Virus record (IMG/VR): IMGVR_UViG_3300044296_000239
Source of the DNA: a virus
Lineage: Duplodnaviria; Heunggongvirae; Uroviricota; Caudoviricetes
Reading direction: 5' to 3' (one strand)
Length of the DNA: 64,000 nt
The notes under the pieces are model-generated. The model ran no database searches and was not told where the DNA came from. It worked only from the letters and a program-made list of their open reading frames with translations. Position numbers and translations under genes: made by a program. This document shows, piece after piece, positions 1-10,251 of this stretch; position 1 is the stretch's first letter; every line of letters begins with the position of its first letter.

Positions 1-1716
1 AACCTTTAATTCAGTTGAAAATTTAGTACCTACACCAGTAACAGTAGTTGAAGATGCAGAGATTGTACCAGTCAATGTTGTATATTGACCCATATCAACA
101 ACATCAGCTGCAATATTATTCAATGTTGTACCTGAATCGAAGAATACAGATTTTAAGTTTCTCTCAAGTGAATAACCACTTGAAATAGTAACATCTGCTA
201 AGTATGCTTTATAAACAGCATTTGTACCAGGAGTACCAGAATCATATTCAATTGCTCTTAAGCGAGCAGTACCAATCTGATTACCTGTACCAGCACTTTG
301 CGCACCGGTAGACGGTAACATTTGATCATATAACTTGATAGTTGGATATGCAGTTAAATCTGGAACACCATACAAGTTTGTAAGGTAAATGTAATTACCA
401 TACTTAATATTTACAGAGTCAGATTCAATGCGATCATATTGACGAGCTTTATCGATAGGCAAGAATTCAGTTGCAATTTTTTCAATTTCAAAACCTTGAA
501 CATATGCTTTACCAGCATCAATACCCATAGCAAACATTGCTTCATCGCCGCCCTCTTCAGGACGCTTATACCCACGATTATATGGAGGACGATTTGTATA
601 ATTCCAATGTAAAACGCCATCAGACAATACTTGATATGGATTAGTAGAACTAAATGTTGTGCTAGGACTAATTGTACCAGAAGTACCATTTTCTGTACAA
701 ACAAAATAATTAGATCCGGACTTTACGATATCATTATATTTGTAAACAGTTGCAGCTGACCAAGTACCACGATCGTTGTTACGATGTTCTTTAAATGAGA
801 AATTAAATGGACGAACTGTATAGTTACCAGACTCATCAAATGTACGACGAGCTAATGTTTTAGCTAGTTCAGAATAAGTTGTTGTATCAACCTTTGATTG
901 TAAAACTCCACCTTCAACTTTAATTAATTCAATAAAATTTTGGTCAGTTGTGGAATCTAAATCTAGCTTAATAAATTCTAATAATAGTTGATAACGATGT
1001 GCGCCAGGTGCATTTTCGTTAGGAGAACCATTAGCATTATCAACTAATGTAACGTCAGTATTAGATGTTACAATATTTTCATGTGCTAAAAGACCAATTC
1101 TATATGATGGAGTATTAGAGTATTTGTCAAGAATAATCGTCGTTGTATCAACTTGTACAAATTCTGACTTAATAAAGTAAATACCAGCTTGAATATAGGC
1201 AAGAGAACCCATTCCAATCGGATCATTGGCAAGAGATTTAATTTGTACAGTATATGTTTCTGTGTTGATGATAGTTGTTAATAATTCACCTGGACTAAAT
1301 TCTTTTACTGTATTGTTGCTAGCAGATGATGAAACATAGCGAACAAATAATGTAATTGGATCAGTACCCTCAGAGTTACTATACGCAAGTACTTGTGCTT
1401 GAACTCCACTAGCACCAGTAAATACAGCATTTTCCAACTGTGAAAGGAATGTACTAACGTTAACTCCGTTAGTAGTTGATTCAATTTTTAAATAAACAGC
1501 CTTAATATCAACACCAGTTTGACCTGGAACTACCATTGAACCTTCTTTAAAAAGGTGTAATCCTAAGCGTTCAATTTGAGTTTGAAGATATGTTTGAAGT
1601 TGGTTTAATTCTCTAACTTGAAGAGAAACACCTGGACGAAATAACATGCGCAGATAGCGTTTATCTGCATCGTAATCATCATAATATGGTGCTTGTGAAA
1701 AAACTGTTAATGACAT
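1..1716 (-). CDS. virion structural protein of the baseplate/tail-fibre module; C-terminus lies beyond window start
   Basis: ATG at 1714-1716 (minus); translation MSLTVFSQAPYYDDYDADKRYLRML... stays open to position 1; contiguous with the baseplate gene string; missing from the ORF track only because it runs off the edge. Confidence 0.7.
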   Translation of the reverse strand, partial: MSLTVFSQAPYYDDYDADKRYLRMLFRPGVSLQVRELNQLQTYLQTQIERLGLHLFKEGSMVVPGQTGVDIKAVYLKIESTTNGVNVSTFLSQLENAVFTGASGVQAQVLAYSNSEGTDPITLFVRYVSSSASNNTVKEFSPGELLTTIINTETYTVQIKSLANDPIGMGSLAYIQAGIYFIKSEFVQVDTTTIILDKYSNTPSYRIGLLAHENIVTSNTDVTLVDNANGSPNENAPGAHRYQLLLEFIKLDLDSTTDQNFIELIKVEGGVLQSKVDTTTYSELAKTLARRTFDESGNYTVRPFNFSFKEHRNNDRGTWSAATVYKYNDIVKSGSNYFVCTENGTSGTISPSTTFSSTNPYQVLSDGVLHWNYTNRPPYNRGYKRPEEGGDEAMFAMGIDAGKAYVQGFEIEKIATEFLPIDKARQYDRIESDSVNIKYGNYIYLTNLYGVPDLTAYPTIKLYDQMLPSTGAQSAGTGNQIGTARLRAIEYDSGTPGTNAVYKAYLADVTISSGYSLERNLKSVFFDSGTTLNNIAADVVDMGQYTTLTGTISASSTTVTGVGTKFSTELKV

Positions 1717-1731
1717 ATTTTTGCCTTTTTA

Positions 1732-3054
1732 TTATAGCTCTAAAACTAATCTGATATCTTCTGTTTGATTAACATTTCGTGTTACTGGCGAAATGTTTTC
1801 AATGTATAATACTTCTCCAGATGATAGATTAATCTCTGGTTGTGTAATTGATGCAACTGTTGCTGTTACTGTACCAACATGTACTGTTTCGCCGACTTGG
1901 AAATTTGTAAATCCTGTACCGCTATTTTGATGAATGTACAATACATTACCGCTAACAGAATCGATCTTTGCATTTGCAGTAGATGTATTACCAATTAAAG
2001 TTGTGTAGTGTGCAAAAGTACCACCTGCAACATTATTTACAGTAATCTTTTTACAAGCTGAATATGTTGTGCCTGTAGCGATTGCACTAGTAGCAGTATC
2101 TATTGGATTACGCATGATACCAATTTGACGGAAACCAGAATCAACAATGAAATCACCATTTCCATCAGCGCCAGCAAGAGTTGATGTAATCATTGCAAAA
2201 TATCCACCAAGCTCTTTAACCGGATCACTACCATGACCGCCTGCTGGAGAAATTACTGCTCGAGCTGTTGCTGCAACTGTTGGACCACCACCTGTAAATG
2301 ATACATTTGCTTGTAAGTATCCAGTACCAGGAGTATTAACTAAAATTTCTGTGACAACGCCATTTGTCAATGTAACACCAGAAGCTTGAACAGTACATCC
2401 AGTTCCGTTTCCTGTAATTGTGACTGTAGGTTTAGATTGATAACCAGATCCTCCATCTACAATCTTAATTCTATGAATGCCGCCTGAAATAGCAGCTTGT
2501 TGTACTGACCACTGATAAGAGTTATCATTAGCAGCTAGCGTTTTTACTGGAATAAATGTAGATGTTGTAAATTTACCGATATCAGAACCAGTTAATGTAT
2601 ACATGTATTTCCACTGATAACCGTCAGATAATACACTACCAATTGAAGTAGACGCAGTAGTTGGTTTAATCACAGATGGACCTGAACCGGCTTTAATACA
2701 TTTCCATACTGTTAAATCATCATCAGTGAATGCATAAAAACGCTTTGTGGTCAATGCATCATCTTGGTCATCATATTCAGAGTATGTTTGTCCTGAAGTC
2801 CATGTATATCTTGGAATCACGTGACTAATATAGCCAGATGTAATTTTTTTAAGAGATAACATATTATAACGAGCATCATTTTCATTATTAGGAGAATCTG
2901 CAGGTGTTGGTGGTGTATTGTCATTTGACCAACTTTCAGTTCTGCCAATAAAAAGATAATAGCTCTCTGTACCTTGTGATCCATTACCACCAATCGCATT
3001 GATTAAGTTCTGTGCGGTCTGATAACGAAATTTTGTAGTGATAATTGCTGACAT
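1732..3054 (-). CDS. Gly/Thr-rich structural protein (tail fibre / baseplate-like)
   Basis: 440-aa ORF; G/T/S-rich beta-like repeats (TVTITGNGTGCTVQASGVTLTNG...); TATAAATA late-promoter motif about 25 nt upstream. Confidence 0.7.
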   Translation of the reverse strand: MSAIITTKFRYQTAQNLINAIGGNGSQGTESYYLFIGRTESWSNDNTPPTPADSPNNENDARYNMLSLKKITSGYISHVIPRYTWTSGQTYSEYDDQDDALTTKRFYAFTDDDLTVWKCIKAGSGPSVIKPTTASTSIGSVLSDGYQWKYMYTLTGSDIGKFTTSTFIPVKTLAANDNSYQWSVQQAAISGGIHRIKIVDGGSGYQSKPTVTITGNGTGCTVQASGVTLTNGVVTEILVNTPGTGYLQANVSFTGGGPTVAATARAVISPAGGHGSDPVKELGGYFAMITSTLAGADGNGDFIVDSGFRQIGIMRNPIDTATSAIATGTTYSACKKITVNNVAGGTFAHYTTLIGNTSTANAKIDSVSGNVLYIHQNSGTGFTNFQVGETVHVGTVTATVASITQPEINLSSGEVLYIENISPVTRNVNQTEDIRLVLEL

Positions 3055-3079
3055 AGTCTGTCCTTAGTTTAACCTTTAT

Positions 3080-3087
3080 TATTTATA
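3080..3087 (-). promoter_or_regulatory. T4-type late promoter TATAAATA
   Basis: rc of tatttata, about 25 nt upstream of the 1732..3054 start. Confidence 0.45.
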
Positions 3088-3096
3088 GACTTTCCA

Positions 3097-4032
3097 TTAG
3101 CTTACTGTAATGGAAGAATTAGGTAAAATATTAAATGGAGATCCACCAGCTGCTTGCGCTAGTGTGAAATTTCCATAAATTCTATTTGGTTGATTAATCA
3201 TAAATTTAATCTTATCTAGTAATGCAAATCCAGGACCAAATTTTGGTTTAAATAATGTGTTTACTATAGAGATGTATAGTGTATTCAAAAATGAAGTCGT
3301 TTCAACAACTGTAGTAGAAGCCTTTACAGCTGGAGCATATAACGCTATTGTATTGTTATATGAAGAAATTGTAGAACCTGGTTGTGCAAGCGGAGATTTT
3401 AATCTCTTTACTTCTGCTTGACTTCTAATTACTACTTGTCCAAATAATGCAAATCCTGTTGGATGTAGCATTTTTTTAACTGGACCTTCCCATTGTTCGA
3501 ATGGTTTACGTGTTTTAATTACATAAGAATAATCTTGATAGTAATTACTATCTTGAATATAATTATAATTAGATAAAAAGCCACCTTTATTTAAATAGCG
3601 ACTATTTGCTTCATTCCAATTTCCATCTGATAGTTTCATCAAATCTACGCGTGGGTAATAAATCTCTATTTCATCACCATACAATAAATTAAATAATGCT
3701 TCAAATGCTGGAATAGTTCCACGAGCTCTGTAAATATCATTTATTTGTTTATATAATTTACGCTTGTCAATGTCAGGCATATTTCCCGGAATTGCAACAG
3801 CATATTCCATTTCAAGATATTTAATATATCTGTCATCGACTAAATCAATATCTCTGTTTTCATTTAATTTGTTAATGATACCAATAGGAGAATCAACATT
3901 TAATTGATTCCACTCAAAATATGTCTTTAAAAATTCTGTAAAATTTACATTTTCTTTCAAATATTCTGGTAATATCGAATCTAATGCATAAAATTTATCA
4001 TCAGATAAAGGAATTCTTTGAAGATTTTGCAT
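3097..4032 (-). CDS. baseplate wedge-like protein (gp8-like by position and size; uncertain)
   Basis: 311-aa ORF, start abutting the stop of the gp6-like gene. Confidence 0.55.
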   Translation of the reverse strand: MQNLQRIPLSDDKFYALDSILPEYLKENVNFTEFLKTYFEWNQLNVDSPIGIINKLNENRDIDLVDDRYIKYLEMEYAVAIPGNMPDIDKRKLYKQINDIYRARGTIPAFEALFNLLYGDEIEIYYPRVDLMKLSDGNWNEANSRYLNKGGFLSNYNYIQDSNYYQDYSYVIKTRKPFEQWEGPVKKMLHPTGFALFGQVVIRSQAEVKRLKSPLAQPGSTISSYNNTIALYAPAVKASTTVVETTSFLNTLYISIVNTLFKPKFGPGFALLDKIKFMINQPNRIYGNFTLAQAAGGSPFNILPNSSITVS

Positions 4033-5963
4033 TATACAAACCTATTTGTTGTTGTGTAACCAATACCCGATTGAGAAGCTCCAGTTGCAATAGTATCAAT
4101 TGTAGGTGTAATGTTAACTAGTGACATATCAACTTCTAACAATTGTTCTCTCTTAGGAGCAATATCATCAGATGCTGGAATAGTACTAAATGAAATATAT
4201 GATAAATTGTTTAGTAATGAATCAACTAAAAGATCAATCAAGACTACTTTACCAGTATCAGCATTAATATAACCAACATCTGTGTTTACAACAACTTTAC
4301 TATTATCTGCAATAGTATACATTTGTAACACGTGTGTAGCGCCTTCACCCAAATGTGTATTAACTTCTCCAACTTTTAGCACACGATCTTCAATATACAC
4401 AGTTTGACCATTGTGGACAAATGCACTAGATTTGATGATTGGTTCATTAACATTAGCACGAGAACCAAAAATAGGCGCTGAAAATTTTAATTCATAACGT
4501 TTAAATGTACCTAGTGTTGGTACTAAACGCTTTTGCATATAAAGTCTAATAGTAGAACTTAAAATGCCAGTATCAGAATTATCAATTAAGCCTAATAGAC
4601 GTGAATGTCTAAATACGCCATCAAATTTTTTCAATTCATTATTATTAAAATTATTAATAGTATTATAAACAATAGTAGCTAATTGACTAGACGTTGAATC
4701 AGTAGCATTAGGATTATATTTAAAAAATACATCTAAATACAAATATGTGTATTCTGGATCTACGATTACTGGACTAATTGAAACTACATTCTTTGGTTTT
4801 AAAATGCTATCGATAATGTATGATTTTTCTACATCATCTAAAAAATCAGCATTTCTTGGCTTAACACAAATATATGCTTTGCCATATTGAGGAGGATCAT
4901 TTTCTTCTCCACCCCAAACCGTCACAGTTTCCACATCTCCATAATTATTTGATATCATAGCCTGATAGTCAGCTGATGTCACACATCTGTTTTGTGAAAG
5001 ATATGATAGCGGTGCATTAAATTTAATTGAAGAAATATCTTCATTTCCTGCTCCACCGATTGACTTATTTAACACAGATAACGTAATATCTGTGTTTCCT
5101 GAAATAGTATCAGCCAGTGAAAACACACTAGCGCCGTTTGCGGCAACACCATTTGTACTTAGCCATTCCAATGTTACAACATTTCCACCCACAAGTTGTT
5201 TACCAACGGTTCCATCACCAAAATAAACTTCATATTTTCCATCAAGACCTTCTTGTAAAAAATATGCTTGAGTGTCGCTTTTTACTGTTGTGAAATCAGT
5301 AGCAAGAGTATATACATCTGCTTTTGTTGATACGCTATTTTCTTTTACTTTTACAATTAGTGTAGAAATATCAGCGTTTATATCTGGGATTTCAAAATAG
5401 TGTCCGTTATCAAAAGAATCAACGGTATATTGTATATTTTTAATACTACCTTCACTAATTTTTACATTCTCAAATCTATAAACATTATAGTATGTGGTTG
5501 GCAATCCGGTTTGTTCATTTGTGATTGTAACATCTTGAGGAACTATTGTTTTACTATCTAAAACGACGAAATTATACTGATTATCGCCCACAGTTGACAC
5601 AAAGCGTGTTCCTCGTTCTAATGTTAGAGTAAGAGGAGATCCAGCTGGGGAATTTACATCAAAATTAACAATTGAATATGCCGCAGAAGCAGATCTTGGC
5701 ACATATGATAACATCTTTGCGAGTGAAACAACGTTGTTTCGACGTTCGGCGCTATCTAAAAATACTTCATTCATTGCCATATTAGCATTAATAGCATTAT
5801 AATGAGTATTATAAGCTAAAATATCTAAAAGCACAGACATTCCTGACCCATCAAAGTCATAGTCGGTGAATTTACCTTTATCTTGTTGTGCTTTTAAGTA
5901 AGATTTGAAGTTTTCCTTAATTTGGAAAAAATCTAACTCTGTTACTTTTAGGTTAGATGCCAT
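4032..5963 (-). CDS. baseplate wedge protein, gp6-like
   Basis: 643-aa ORF immediately downstream of the gp25 homologue; T4 gp6 is about 660 aa. Confidence 0.55.
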   Translation of the reverse strand: MASNLKVTELDFFQIKENFKSYLKAQQDKGKFTDYDFDGSGMSVLLDILAYNTHYNAINANMAMNEVFLDSAERRNNVVSLAKMLSYVPRSASAAYSIVNFDVNSPAGSPLTLTLERGTRFVSTVGDNQYNFVVLDSKTIVPQDVTITNEQTGLPTTYYNVYRFENVKISEGSIKNIQYTVDSFDNGHYFEIPDINADISTLIVKVKENSVSTKADVYTLATDFTTVKSDTQAYFLQEGLDGKYEVYFGDGTVGKQLVGGNVVTLEWLSTNGVAANGASVFSLADTISGNTDITLSVLNKSIGGAGNEDISSIKFNAPLSYLSQNRCVTSADYQAMISNNYGDVETVTVWGGEENDPPQYGKAYICVKPRNADFLDDVEKSYIIDSILKPKNVVSISPVIVDPEYTYLYLDVFFKYNPNATDSTSSQLATIVYNTINNFNNNELKKFDGVFRHSRLLGLIDNSDTGILSSTIRLYMQKRLVPTLGTFKRYELKFSAPIFGSRANVNEPIIKSSAFVHNGQTVYIEDRVLKVGEVNTHLGEGATHVLQMYTIADNSKVVVNTDVGYINADTGKVVLIDLLVDSLLNNLSYISFSTIPASDDIAPKREQLLEVDMSLVNITPTIDTIATGASQSGIGYTTTNRFV

Positions 5964-6394
5964 TATCGTAATCTCTCTAATATGATTGTTACTGTGCTAA
6001 CTTGTTCTGTAGCTATAACTTGAAATGTAAGTGATACATTATATGCATTATTGTCAATGTCATCACTAATGTCTATATTTTGTACAATAACTCGTGGTTC
6101 AAAGTTATCGATTGTGCGTTGTATAGCCATCTCTATGTCATGCATAGTGATTGGATCAGCTAATTCAAATAATAATCCTCTAATTCCAGAGCCAATTTCA
6201 GGTTGAAATGGTCTTTCCTGAAAGTTAGTTTGCATTAGATTTCTTACTGAGTTTTTAATAGCTTCAACATCTTTTAGTGGATTTATATCTCCGCTAATTG
6301 GATTAGGTTTAAAAAGCAAATCTAAGTCGCTATGAACTACAGAGCTTATAATAGACGCTGGGGATGAAGAATCTGATGGGTTTTGAGTACGCAT
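5963..6394 (-). CDS. 25: baseplate wedge protein gp25 (GPW/gp25 family)
   Basis: 143 aa; motifs IKNSVRNL...RPFQPEIGSGI...FEPRV match recalled T4 gp25 (IKNSLLGI...RPFDPEFGCDL...YEPRI). Confidence 0.8.
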   Translation of the reverse strand: MRTQNPSDSSSPASIISSVVHSDLDLLFKPNPISGDINPLKDVEAIKNSVRNLMQTNFQERPFQPEIGSGIRGLLFELADPITMHDIEMAIQRTIDNFEPRVIVQNIDISDDIDNNAYNVSLTFQVIATEQVSTVTIILERLR

Positions 6395-6405
6395 GATCCT
6401 ATTTA

Positions 6406-7737
6406 TTATCCATTGAAGGTATTATATGCTTTTTGAGCTAATTCTACGCGTTTATTATATCCAATTACAATTTTAGTTGCATCTTCATTACTCTTGATAG
6501 GTCTTCCAAGATTAACCAACGCTGCACATGCGCCCCAATCTTTCTTATCTGCATAAGAAGCAATATTGACAGTCTTATAATACCAGCATCCTGTTTCTAC
6601 AGCAATATTTTTATCAGTTACTACTTGATCTGGATTAGTAACTAATCTATCATCACCAAAAAATACCTTTGATGCGCGTGTATAGTTATCTTTACCCGTC
6701 AATTGTTTAAGACCTCTACCTCTATATTTGTAGCCTTCTCCTGTTTCTGGAGGTCCATTTAGCATACGATTACCGTAAATTACATTTGCAATCGCTTCCT
6801 TACCTTTAGCTACTAGAGCTTGAGCATCCTCCAAGGTTGGAAAGCGTTTTTTACCTGGATTTAATGAATTGTATAGGAAATTGGCTCCATAATTACAATT
6901 TTCTTCTAAAAGTTTCCAATTAGTTTCTACTGTAACATTTGCACAGAACGCAGCTACACGTTCTGGAGTGGTAATATTATACTTTGGTAGCATTTCACTT
7001 AAATAACTATGCCATTTTGCAGCTTCAGCACCACACGCAGCTTGTAATTTATCAGCTGTAAATGCAAAGGTAAAACCTCCAGCTGGAGGTGCCTTTGGCT
7101 TAGATTCTACAACTGGATCTTTTTGAGGTTGTTTTGGAGGATCCGGATTAACTGTAGGAGTTTGTGGAACAGGAACTACTACTTCCTGTTGTTTTTGTGG
7201 ATTTTGTGGATCTACGATTACTTGTGTTTCAGTAACTTCAGGAATTTCTAAATTTGGAACACCTTTACATATATCTCCAACAATAGATTCAATATTTAAT
7301 TGAGATAACTGTTGCTGTGCTTCTTGAAATGCTTTTCCAAGCTTATCATTTAATGCTGCTAGTCCAGCAAATATATCCTTATCACCATCTACTGTTAATC
7401 CAGCAGGTTTTGGTATTTTACCAATAACTTCGTCTAAATCTTGGCCAGCTTCTTTCATCGCTGCACCAAACTTTTGCTTTAGTTCGGCAACTTTAGCTTG
7501 ATATTCTTCTGGTGATAAATTTGGTAAATTAGCTAATTCTTGTTGTAAATTTGTTATTGGCACTTGAGGAATGTTTACTTCTGCAAGTTTACTTTTAATA
7601 GTTTCAGCTATATCTCCAAGATTTCCAATTGAATTGACGCCCGCAGCGATTTGTCCTTTCAATGAATCAATTGCGGCTTTAGCTTCATCGAGCGATGCAT
7701 TAATGCCGCAAACAGGACTTGATTTATTATCTGCCAT
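6406..7737 (-). CDS. baseplate-associated cell-wall hydrolase with C-terminal GH19 chitinase/lysozyme domain
   Basis: 443 aa; coiled N-terminal part, Pro-rich linker, then a GH19-like motif YKYRGRGLKQLTGKDNY with candidate catalytic Glu residues (VETNWKLLEENCNYG). Confidence 0.75.
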   Translation of the reverse strand: MADNKSSPVCGINASLDEAKAAIDSLKGQIAAGVNSIGNLGDIAETIKSKLAEVNIPQVPITNLQQELANLPNLSPEEYQAKVAELKQKFGAAMKEAGQDLDEVIGKIPKPAGLTVDGDKDIFAGLAALNDKLGKAFQEAQQQLSQLNIESIVGDICKGVPNLEIPEVTETQVIVDPQNPQKQQEVVVPVPQTPTVNPDPPKQPQKDPVVESKPKAPPAGGFTFAFTADKLQAACGAEAAKWHSYLSEMLPKYNITTPERVAAFCANVTVETNWKLLEENCNYGANFLYNSLNPGKKRFPTLEDAQALVAKGKEAIANVIYGNRMLNGPPETGEGYKYRGRGLKQLTGKDNYTRASKVFFGDDRLVTNPDQVVTDKNIAVETGCWYYKTVNIASYADKKDWGACAALVNLGRPIKSNEDATKIVIGYNKRVELAQKAYNTFNG

Positions 7738-7738
7738 A

Positions 7739-8989
7739 TTAATTTAACTCTACTTTATCTGCTAATACTTTGAACGTTGGTCCAGCATTAATATTAAGTG
7801 CTCCACTAACATTAATTGTCATACTAGACTTACAATTTAAAATCCAGTCCGATTGAGAACCAAAATCTAAACCATCCTTTGATAAAAACTGTTGTGTGGA
7901 ATTAGTAGACATCGATTGTGCACCATTTGAAAACATACTATATGTTGAAAGATACATCTGATCAGCTTTACCAACAACAGTCAATCCACTAGTACCACCA
8001 ACAGATTCAGTTTTATCAACGTCTACTAACAACGTTTGATTTTTACCAACTCTACTTAAGAAATCGCGTTTTACGTTACGGTTAAAGTTTCCAACTACTT
8101 CCATAAAATCATTGCCAACAATTTTTGTATGACGATTACCGTGTACCTTTAAATGATAATCACCTCTAACTTCAGTTATTAAATCGCCTTTAACTAATAA
8201 ATGAGCAGCACCTTCAACAGTTACGCTTCTAGATCCACGAACTAAAATGTTTTCGTCATGAACTACTATTTCAAAATTATTTCCAGAAACTTTGGTTACC
8301 TTATCTCCATCTGGAAATATTTCATGCCAAGTACCAGCTGGATGATACTCGACAATACGAGCACCGTTTGGTGTATCATCAATTTCATGTACTATGCCTT
8401 GCTCAGATTCATGTACATGAACATATGGATACATACCACCAGCACCATGTCTTGGTTCAGGTTCATTCCAAGTCTTGCGTACATCTTCAGTACCTTCAGA
8501 GGCTTTAGTATCAACGGTATCTAATGTTGGTTTAGATGATTTTTCAATTCCTGTTATTCTCTCATGATATCTAGAATAATAGGATTGATGCGCATTCCAT
8601 TTTTCTCTGGCCACATAACTAACATCAGTGTCATTGTGCCAACGAGGATATACTCCATAGAAATCTTTAAATGCTTTTTGTTCATCTTTCGGTTGAGTTG
8701 GATAACCATGAATAGATCCCATAACGATAGGATCTTGCATATTTTCACCATCTGCAAAAAAACCTACTACCCAAGATCCTTCAACTAAACCTGTTGGAGA
8801 AAAACCAACGCCTGAAATAGAAGCTGATGTACAAGGCATCATAGTATGAGCCCATGGTAAATTTCCAATATTAATTTTGGAAAGATCATCTGTATGTAGA
8901 CCAAATATACGAACTCGTACACGACCAAGCTTTTGAGGGTCATCTCTATCCTCAACTACGCCAGTCCACCAATGCATTAATTGTTTCAT
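7739..8989 (-). CDS. 5: baseplate central spike protein, gp5-like N-terminal OB-fold
   Basis: N-terminus WTGVVEDRDDPQKLGRVRVRIFGLHTDD is typical of the gp5/gpV/VgrG OB-fold; this homologue has no lysozyme domain. Confidence 0.75.
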   Translation of the reverse strand: MKQLMHWWTGVVEDRDDPQKLGRVRVRIFGLHTDDLSKINIGNLPWAHTMMPCTSASISGVGFSPTGLVEGSWVVGFFADGENMQDPIVMGSIHGYPTQPKDEQKAFKDFYGVYPRWHNDTDVSYVAREKWNAHQSYYSRYHERITGIEKSSKPTLDTVDTKASEGTEDVRKTWNEPEPRHGAGGMYPYVHVHESEQGIVHEIDDTPNGARIVEYHPAGTWHEIFPDGDKVTKVSGNNFEIVVHDENILVRGSRSVTVEGAAHLLVKGDLITEVRGDYHLKVHGNRHTKIVGNDFMEVVGNFNRNVKRDFLSRVGKNQTLLVDVDKTESVGGTSGLTVVGKADQMYLSTYSMFSNGAQSMSTNSTQQFLSKDGLDFGSQSDWILNCKSSMTINVSGALNINAGPTFKVLADKVELN

Positions 8990-10248
8990 TCGCTCTTTCT
9001 CACCTTCTTACCTAAAGAATCACGAACAACGTCTATAATATTCACATATTTTCCTGCAGACATCTTGTGATGAACGTTAAGAACTAAATATTTTCCACTC
9101 AAATATTCATTATCTTCTCTTGTATTACCATAACTAGATGGCCTATTTCTATCTACAATAAATTCAATAACTTTACCAGCACTTAAATCAGCTCTTCCAC
9201 GAACAGATAAGGTTAATTTATTAAGAGTTAATTGATAAACAAATGCATCTGTTTCTAGTTTTGTATATTCAGCAGCACTATTATAATTGCCTACTGGTTT
9301 ATCGCCAAAAGCTTTTGTGTTTTTATTAATAGTATAATGAACTGCATCATATTCTGTTATTTTTTTATCTTCAACTTTAAAATCCGGATTAACAAACGCT
9401 TGTTCGGCTAAATGAGTTTTTTTCTTAAAATCATTTTCATAATTATATTGTACAAATTTATATGATTTTGTTGCAATATCAACAACCCACATACCAGAAC
9501 CAAAAGCTCCTCTTAATGTATTTTTATATGTGTTAGCGTAATCTTTAAAGTCATATTCAAAAGCAACATTATATGTTGCAGATTGATTATCAGCATCATC
9601 TTCTGCAGTTGAACCACCCTTATGAACAAACTTATTATATGTTTTCTTTTTAAACATAGTTTCATATGATTCAAACATAAAACCATCTTGGAATGTTTCA
9701 TAAAAAGCAAATGGCATCTTCGAAGACGTCATAGCTCTTTTTGCTATCCAATCAATTGCATGAAATGGATTCCAATTTGGAATGACTAAACCATAATTTC
9801 CAATTGTTTTTTCTTTTACGTTTAATTTGCTTCTTAAATAGTCTTTTGTTATTTTTTCAATTGCTGTATCTAATGTACCATCATACGCACGAGACACTAG
9901 TAATAAACTATTCATCATTTGCTCTGGAGTAATTAATTTCATTACATAAAGTGCAGCCTGATTATTAGCTCTAACAAAGTTTGTTATAGAACCAACATAA
10001 AATACTCTTTGTATTAGATTGTTGCCTTCCATTATAGTTAAATCAACTTTTTCTTGGCCAATAATCGGTAATGATTCCATCAAATTGGAAGAATCAACAA
10101 TTGTTAAATCTGCTTTAATATATGGAGACAATAAAGATTCATAGATATCAACGCCTGATATCAAGTCTTTAAATTCATATGAATCACCATTAGATGAAAC
10201 AATCTTAGCACTTACTATCGAATAATCTAATTTACCTAATTGTGCCAT
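8986..10248 (-). CDS. baseplate hub protein (gp27-like by position; uncertain)
   Basis: 420-aa ORF whose stop overlaps the gp5-like start. Confidence 0.5.
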   Translation of the reverse strand: MAQLGKLDYSIVSAKIVSSNGDSYEFKDLISGVDIYESLLSPYIKADLTIVDSSNLMESLPIIGQEKVDLTIMEGNNLIQRVFYVGSITNFVRANNQAALYVMKLITPEQMMNSLLLVSRAYDGTLDTAIEKITKDYLRSKLNVKEKTIGNYGLVIPNWNPFHAIDWIAKRAMTSSKMPFAFYETFQDGFMFESYETMFKKKTYNKFVHKGGSTAEDDADNQSATYNVAFEYDFKDYANTYKNTLRGAFGSGMWVVDIATKSYKFVQYNYENDFKKKTHLAEQAFVNPDFKVEDKKITEYDAVHYTINKNTKAFGDKPVGNYNSAAEYTKLETDAFVYQLTLNKLTLSVRGRADLSAGKVIEFIVDRNRPSSYGNTREDNEYLSGKYLVLNVHHKMSAGKYVNIIDVVRDSLGKKVRKSE

Positions 10249-10251
10249 TTG

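Noticed and set aside
411-704. Short ORFs in the six-frame track lying inside or antisense to long, well-supported CDSs (e.g. 411..704, 2817..2999, 8258..8524, 8554..8788, 9513..9710, 13634..14173, 14703..15866, 17751..18404, 29300..29844, 30129..30485, 31280..31480, 35251..35439, 36886..37292, 47274..47758, 49909..50297, 54934..55338, 60562..60916, 62160..62529, 62801..63067, 63636..63884)
   Set aside because: They are low-complexity or hydrophobic shadow frames of AT-rich coding DNA. They overlap longer ORFs that carry recognisable domains and sensible RBSs.
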